This document shows positions 59,041 through 64,000 of a stretch of DNA of 64,000 nucleotides, piece by piece (positions within the stretch are counted from its first letter, which is position 1; each line of letters starts with the position of its first letter). The position numbers and the translations under genes were made by a program. Below the pieces are notes generated by a model, which was not told where the DNA came from, made no database searches, and saw only the letters and a program-made list of their open reading frames with translations. This DNA comes from Bacteroidota bacterium (lineage in GTDB: Bacteria > Bacteroidota > Bacteroidia > Flavobacteriales_F > PHOS-HE28). The stretch lies in assembly GCA_963169535.1 (NCBI GenBank), contig CAUJED010000135.1:3002-67001 (forward strand), in the 5' to 3' direction.

Positions 59041-60036
59041 ATGCGCATCGCCATCAACGGTTTCGGACGTATCGGACGGGTCACCGCCCGCCTGCTCACG
59101 CAACGGAACGATATCGAACTCGTGGCCGTGAACGACCTCACGGACACCGCTACGCTGGCGCATCTGTTCAAGTACGATTCGGTGCATGGCGTGTTCCCTG
59201 GCGAGGTGGGGCATGATGAACAGCACCTCATCCTCGGTGGCCGCAAGGTGAAGGCCTACGCACAGAAGGATCCGGCCACACTGCCGTGGAAGGAACTGGG
59301 GGTCGATGTCGTGATCGAGAGCACCGGGCACTTCCTGACCAGGGAAACCGCCTCCGCGCACCTGAAGGCCGGCGCCAGGAAAGTGCTGCTCTCAGCTCCG
59401 GCGAAGGATGCCGGCATCAAGACGGTGGTACTTGGGGTGAACGACCACCTGATCGACGGTTCGGAGGATATCATCAGCAACGCGAGCTGCACCACCAACT
59501 GCGCCGCGCCCATGATCCTGGGGGTGCTGGAGGCGTGCGGCATCGAGGACGGTTACATCACCACCGTGCACAGCTACACCGGCGATCAGCGCCTGCACGA
59601 CGCGCCGCACAAGGACCTGCGTCGCGCCCGGGCCGCGGCCGTGAGCATGATCCCCACCACCACCGGTGCGGCCAAGGCCATCACGCGCATCTTCCCCGAA
59701 CTGGACGGCAGGCTCGGCGGTGGCGGCATCCGCGTGCCCGTGCCCGATGGCTCCATCACCGATATCACCGTACGGGTGAAGGAGCTGAAGACCGCCGAGG
59801 AGATCAACGCGCACTTCAAACAGCTCGCGGAAGGAAAGCTGAAGGGTATCCTTCGCTACACCGAGGACCCCATCGTGAGCGTGGACATCGTGGGCGATCC
59901 GCACAGCTGCATCTTCGACGCGCAGCTCACCAGCGTGGTGGGCAACATGGTGAAGATCATGGGCTGGTACGACAACGAGTACGGCTACAGCAGCCGGTTG
60001 GTGGATCTGGTGGGGAGGCTGGGGAACCGGAAGTAG
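59041..60036 (+). CDS. gap: Type I glyceraldehyde-3-phosphate dehydrogenase
   Basis: 331 aa, MRIAINGFGRIGR..., SNASCTTNCAAP, WYDNEYGYS. Confidence 0.96.
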   Translation: MRIAINGFGRIGRVTARLLTQRNDIELVAVNDLTDTATLAHLFKYDSVHGVFPGEVGHDEQHLILGGRKVKAYAQKDPATLPWKELGVDVVIESTGHFLTRETASAHLKAGARKVLLSAPAKDAGIKTVVLGVNDHLIDGSEDIISNASCTTNCAAPMILGVLEACGIEDGYITTVHSYTGDQRLHDAPHKDLRRARAAAVSMIPTTTGAAKAITRIFPELDGRLGGGGIRVPVPDGSITDITVRVKELKTAEEINAHFKQLAEGKLKGILRYTEDPIVSVDIVGDPHSCIFDAQLTSVVGNMVKIMGWYDNEYGYSSRLVDLVGRLGNRK

Positions 60037-60130
60037 CGCTAAGCGATCGACGTCCCTTCCCTTTGCCCCATCATGGGCTTTCGCGCGGCAGGCCCCTGCG
60101 GGGAGGGGTGCGCTTAACTTGGACTGTAAG

Positions 60131-60229
60131 CTTCCCCTGTTGCTCGAACTCAACGAGGTGGGCGCCGATCAGCCAGTTGCGCGTGACCAGTCCGCGGTTC
60201 ACCGCACGAGCCATGCCGCACAGCGTATG
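60131..60229 (-). pseudogene. Remnant of the N-terminal region of a second DUF1016/YhcG-type gene
   Basis: The minus-strand frame reads HTLCGMARAVNRGLVTRNWLIGAHLVEFEQQGK. This resembles the region RQHVAQTANATLTMLYWHVGERIGREVLKDRRAEYG of the intact neighbour. It then diverges and stops at 60071. Confidence 0.4.
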
Positions 60230-60311
60230 GGCGTGAACGTGTCCTATGCCGTCGAGAAGGCTTGGTAGTCCATGGTCAAAAGGAAGGCTGGTATTGAATG
60301 TCCAATTGGTA

Positions 60312-61406
60312 TTACTTCCTCTTCCTCTGTTCCGCGCTTTTACGTGCCAGCAGTACGGCGCGGTGCAACTGCTTCTGCAACAGCTTGGTGTCGGGGATGT
60401 GCGCCCTGTATTCCGCCACGCGGATGTTGGACGCGTTCAGGTCCAGTAGTTCCACCTGTTCGGCACCGGCGCTAGCGCATAGGATCAGGCCAATGGGTGC
60501 TTCTTCGCCCGCTGCACGCTCGTGGCGGTCCAGCCAGTTCAGGTACAGTTCCATCTGCCCCTTGTGCGAAGGCTTGAACTTCTCCAGCTTCAGGTCCACG
60601 GCCACCAGCCGTTTCAGGTGCCGGTGGTAGAAGAGCAGGTCGAGGTGGAAGTCCTCGTCGTCCACGGGGATGCGCTTCTGCCGTGCCACGAATGCGAACC
60701 CGGTGCCCAACTCAAGCAGCATGCGTTCCATCTCACGGAGAATGGCGAGTTCCAAGTCACGTTCGCTATGGTCCTGTGGAAGGCCAAGGAAGTCCAGCAT
60801 GTACGGATCGCGGAACACGAGATCGGGCGTCATCCGTCCATCTTCGCGCAACTGGCCCAACTCGGCCTTCACCACGTTCTCGGGCTTCTTCGCGATGGCC
60901 GTGCGCAGGTACATCTGACTGCCGATGCGCTCGCGTAGGGTGCGTACGCTCCAGCGCTCGATGCGGCACATTTCGGCGTAGAACTCGCGCTCCAAGGGCT
61001 GCTTGAGCGGAAGGATCTCGACGAAGTGGCTCCACGTCAATTGTTGCGACAGCGTCGCAACAATTCGCTGGTCAGGGAAAGCCTCGGAGAACTTGACCAT
61101 GCGTGTCAGTGCCGATACGCCGAAGCCCTTGCCATATTCCTGCACCAATTGTCGTGACAGTGATACGACAATTCGCTCCCCATACTCCGCACGCCTGTCC
61201 TTCAGCACCTCGCGACCGATGCGCTCGCCAACGTGCCAGTACAGCATCGTCAGGGTGGCATTGGCCGTTTGCGCCACATGCTGGCGCGCGGCTTCGATCA
61301 GGCCACGGATGTCGTGCAGCAACGGCTTCTTGGTAACGGTGGGCGTGCGCTTGGCCGTGGCCCGCTTCGGCTTGGTAGGGGCTTTCTTCGTGGCCTTCTT
61401 GGTCAT
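60312..61406 (-). CDS. DUF1016 / YhcG-family PDDEXK nuclease-like protein
   Basis: 364 aa, ...LTWSHFVEILPLK..EREFYAEMC..ERWSVRTLRERI..., C-terminal FAFVARQKRIPVDDEDFHLDLLFYHRHLKRLVAVDLKLEKF (nuclease core). Lys-rich N-terminal tail. Confidence 0.85.
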   Translation of the reverse strand: MTKKATKKAPTKPKRATAKRTPTVTKKPLLHDIRGLIEAARQHVAQTANATLTMLYWHVGERIGREVLKDRRAEYGERIVVSLSRQLVQEYGKGFGVSALTRMVKFSEAFPDQRIVATLSQQLTWSHFVEILPLKQPLEREFYAEMCRIERWSVRTLRERIGSQMYLRTAIAKKPENVVKAELGQLREDGRMTPDLVFRDPYMLDFLGLPQDHSERDLELAILREMERMLLELGTGFAFVARQKRIPVDDEDFHLDLLFYHRHLKRLVAVDLKLEKFKPSHKGQMELYLNWLDRHERAAGEEAPIGLILCASAGAEQVELLDLNASNIRVAEYRAHIPDTKLLQKQLHRAVLLARKSAEQRKRK

Positions 61407-61453
61407 GATCGGCGCATTGCTTTGGGGATATGGCCGTGTTCGGTCCGTTGTTA

Positions 61454-62248
61454 CTACACCGCCGGTCCCCCCGCGATCCGCACATCCGCGTTCAACGGCC
61501 CGTCGCCCACGCGTTTCATCAATTTCATCTCCGTGCCGTCGAACACGCCGTAGGTGAAGTACGTGATCCAGTCGCCGAGGTTGATGTACCGGCTGCCGGG
61601 CTTCACCTCGATGTCGATCGGCAGGTGGCGGTGGCCGAACAGCATGTGATCGTAGTGCTGCTTCTGCAACCGCTCACGGCAGTACTGCACCAGCCACTCC
61701 TTGTCCACGCCCAGCCACTTGCGGTCGTTCTCGTAGCTCTTCTTCCGGCTACGGCCGCTCCAGAAATCGCCCAGCCACAATGCGAAATTGGGGTGCAGCC
61801 GCGCGAACAGCCATTGGCACACCGGGTTGCGGAAGATCGACTTCAGGAACTTGTAGCCGTGGTCGCCGGGGCCGAGGCCGTCACCATGGCCGATCAGGAA
61901 ACGCTTGCCCGCGATCTCGCGCACGATCGGCTCGCGGTGGATGGTCACACCCGTCTCCTGCGGCATGTAGTCGAAGATCCACATGTCGTGGTTTCCGATG
62001 AACAGATGCACCGGTATGCCACGGTCGGTCAGCTCCGCGATCTTACCGAGGAATCGCACATGGCCGCGCGGCACGGCCTTCCTCCACTCGAACCAGAAGT
62101 CGAAGAGGTCGCCCATGAGGATGATCTCCGAGGCGTCCTTCGCGGCTTCATCGAGGAAGGTGCAGATGCGTTTCTCCCGCGCCAGACTGCTCTTCGCATC
62201 GGGCACGCCGAGGTGGAAGTCGCCGAGGAAGTAGATGCGTATGCTCAC
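61454..62248 (-). CDS. lpxH: UDP-2,3-diacylglucosamine diphosphatase (LpxH-type metallophosphoesterase)
   Basis: 264 aa, IYFLGDFHLG, MGDLFDFWFEW, GNHDMW, GHRHLP. The GTG start overlaps the upstream stop (GTGA). Confidence 0.75.
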   Translation of the reverse strand: MSIRIYFLGDFHLGVPDAKSSLAREKRICTFLDEAAKDASEIILMGDLFDFWFEWRKAVPRGHVRFLGKIAELTDRGIPVHLFIGNHDMWIFDYMPQETGVTIHREPIVREIAGKRFLIGHGDGLGPGDHGYKFLKSIFRNPVCQWLFARLHPNFALWLGDFWSGRSRKKSYENDRKWLGVDKEWLVQYCRERLQKQHYDHMLFGHRHLPIDIEVKPGSRYINLGDWITYFTYGVFDGTEMKLMKRVGDGPLNADVRIAGGPAV

Positions 62249-64000
62249 GGCTTGATGTTTCGGATCGCCTTGGTGGGGTCGAGCTTGTCCAATGCGAAGA
62301 TGAAGCGGATCCGGTCCGCGATGTGGCGGTCGTGATATCTTTCCTCATCGGCGATGCGTTCGCTCACCACCAGCGGGAACCACACCTCCAGCACGTCGCG
62401 CACGGCCACGATCCCGAGGCCGGCTTCGAGGTAGGTGGCGCTGGCCGTGGTGCGTCCCTCCTGGGTGATGCGGGTGATCGGGACCACGCCCGCACTTCCG
62501 AAAAGGGCTAGCGGCAAGCCCACGGGAACATCGATCTCCAGGTTCAACGCCCCGATCCAGGTGTCGCTGCCTCCTTGCCGGAACGGTGTTTTGAACGCGC
62601 CTTGCTGGGTGTTGTACTGCCGTTGGGTGAACCGATCACGTGCGTTGCGTTCCAGGTAGGCATGATCGTACAGCATGTCCTCGGTGCCCCAGGTCAGGCC
62701 CCAGGCGTGAAGCCCGTTGTAGAGCCGGTCATCGCGTTTCCAGAGGAATGCGCCGGCGAAGGCCCGGAAGCGGATCTCGTCGTTCCGGTCGTTCAGCGCG
62801 AAAGCTTGGCGTAGCTCCAGCGAGGCGCGCAAGAAGTCGTGCTCGTGCGTCACCGTGGGCAGGACCAGCGATCGGTGCAACTTGCTCTTGTCCTCGGCGC
62901 GGTACTGGACCTCCAGGTAGAACCTTTCGTTCGAGGTTCCGATCACGGATCCGTGCGCGGTGTGGTGGCGTGCGCCGTTGTGCAGGTACACGCCGCGCAG
63001 GCTGATCCGATGCTGCCATGGCCTGTTCAGCGGATCGCGCTTCAGGTCGAAATGCACATAGGGCGTCACCTTGTCGTACCACGCCACATCATGGTGGTCG
63101 CGGAACGTTGCCGCGGATCGACCGCTGGCGCCGACCGTGATGTTCTGGAACACCCTGCTGCGCATCCGGTCGAAGTGGTGTTCGAGGCGCGCCGCACCGC
63201 CCGGACGTTCGCTGGCCAGACCATACATCGGTGCGAACACCCACTCGGTGCGTTGCGAGGGGAAGGTGGTGTTGTAGGCGGCCAGTCCGAGCTGCCAGCC
63301 ATCGTTGCCGTTCCACGCGGGGAGGGGTGTGTAGTACACCGTACGCTTGTCGTTCGGTTCCACACCCAGCAGCCATTTGAACTGCAACGGTGCCCAGCGC
63401 TTGAAAAGGCCATGGCTGCGTATGCTGTTGTTGCGCCGGTCGATGTCGAGTGTGCGGTTGTCTGCGTCGATGCGGATGCGGTCAGCGTTGGGCCAGGGGT
63501 GTTCATGGCCGGTGGTGGTTGGGGTGGCCATGAACCATCGGGTCCCCAACGAGTCGTTGCCATTCCAAGCGGTCACGGGGACCGGAATGGAATCGAGCCC
63601 TGTGTTTCTCAGATAGAGCGTTGGGTCGCGCTTCAACGAGATGGCCTTCACGTCGACTTTCGCATCCGTTTCGATCAGCCCATTGAACACCCACCTCAGA
63701 TCCTTCCCGCTCTCGCGCTCGAACACCTGCCGCACATCCATCGGACCCGGGTGTTTGAACTTCCAGGTATCGTAGTAGGCGTTCATGCAGCGTCGCATGA
63801 TGTCGTCGCCGAGGTAGGCCAACAAGTGGTCGAACGCCAAGGCGCTTTTCGCATACACCATGCAGCCGTAATTGGTGCTGGTGAAGTCCGTTGAAGGGAG
63901 CGCGATCGATTGGTCCAGGTTGCGGCGTGCGTTGAACCGGTACATCCACTCGTGCTGTTGGCGATGGCCGTCGTGCGTAGGTCCGAGGACCTTGCTCAGG
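62245..64000 (-). CDS. M1-peptidase-like protein, C-terminal part (5-prime end outside the window)
   Basis: The frame stays open from 63945 to the window edge. VYAKSALAFDHLLAYLGDDIMRRCMNAYYDTWKFKHPGPMDVRQVFE matches the post-HExxH Tyr/helical region of M1 peptidases. It is followed by ~500 aa of unassigned sequence. Confidence 0.55.
   Translation of the reverse strand, partial: LSKVLGPTHDGHRQQHEWMYRFNARRNLDQSIALPSTDFTSTNYGCMVYAKSALAFDHLLAYLGDDIMRRCMNAYYDTWKFKHPGPMDVRQVFERESGKDLRWVFNGLIETDAKVDVKAISLKRDPTLYLRNTGLDSIPVPVTAWNGNDSLGTRWFMATPTTTGHEHPWPNADRIRIDADNRTLDIDRRNNSIRSHGLFKRWAPLQFKWLLGVEPNDKRTVYYTPLPAWNGNDGWQLGLAAYNTTFPSQRTEWVFAPMYGLASERPGGAARLEHHFDRMRSRVFQNITVGASGRSAATFRDHHDVAWYDKVTPYVHFDLKRDPLNRPWQHRISLRGVYLHNGARHHTAHGSVIGTSNERFYLEVQYRAEDKSKLHRSLVLPTVTHEHDFLRASLELRQAFALNDRNDEIRFRAFAGAFLWKRDDRLYNGLHAWGLTWGTEDMLYDHAYLERNARDRFTQRQYNTQQGAFKTPFRQGGSDTWIGALNLEIDVPVGLPLALFGSAGVVPITRITQEGRTTASATYLEAGLGIVAVRDVLEVWFPLVVSERIADEERYHDRHIADRIRFIFALDKLDPTKAIRNIKP

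Noticed and set aside
59286-60236. 316-aa alternate-frame ORF over gap
   Set aside because: It is on the same strand but out of frame with an unmistakable GAPDH sequence, and its product is Arg/Gly/His-rich nonsense.

Overview
This 64 kb window looks like chromosome from a high-GC member of the Bacteroidota. The supporting signals are T9SS sorting domains, PorP/SprF, a GWxTD protein, recurrent TAnnTTTG promoter boxes, mostly Shine-Dalgarno-less starts, and fusA directly followed by rpsJ with no tuf between them. The core (7.3-25.4 kb, plus strand) is a complete, uninterrupted str-S10-spc-alpha ribosomal superoperon running rpsL to rplQ. It includes secY, map, infA and rpoA, plus two short genes absent from the ORF track (rpmD, rpmJ). 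Upstream are two T9SS-cargo genes, a TonB-dependent receptor and a Fic-family gene whose active-site motif is degenerate. Downstream are a polytopic membrane protein, carA, eno, an LtaS-type sulfatase, a secreted M1 aminopeptidase and a helical hypothetical protein. The most notable accessory element (35.6-50.7 kb, minus strand) is a tightly coupled four-gene module. It comprises a small secreted ORF, a 3,950-aa SprB-repeat adhesin with a type-B T9SS sorting domain, a PorP/SprF protein, and a PorE-like TPR/beta-propeller/OmpA protein. The rest is housekeeping and envelope genes: rlmB, a GWxTD protein, an L,D-transpeptidase, an Omp85-family protein, ung, OsmC, lipA, gap, lpxH and a second M1-like peptidase. 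It also holds a DUF1016/YhcG nuclease with a neighbouring gene remnant and a 43-aa lipoprotein micro-ORF. I found no rRNA, tRNA, CRISPR array, transposase or integrase. The many long antisense or alternate-frame ORFs in the track are high-GC shadow ORFs. I see no clearly novel multi-gene system; the adhesin module and a few small elements are the items most worth follow-up.
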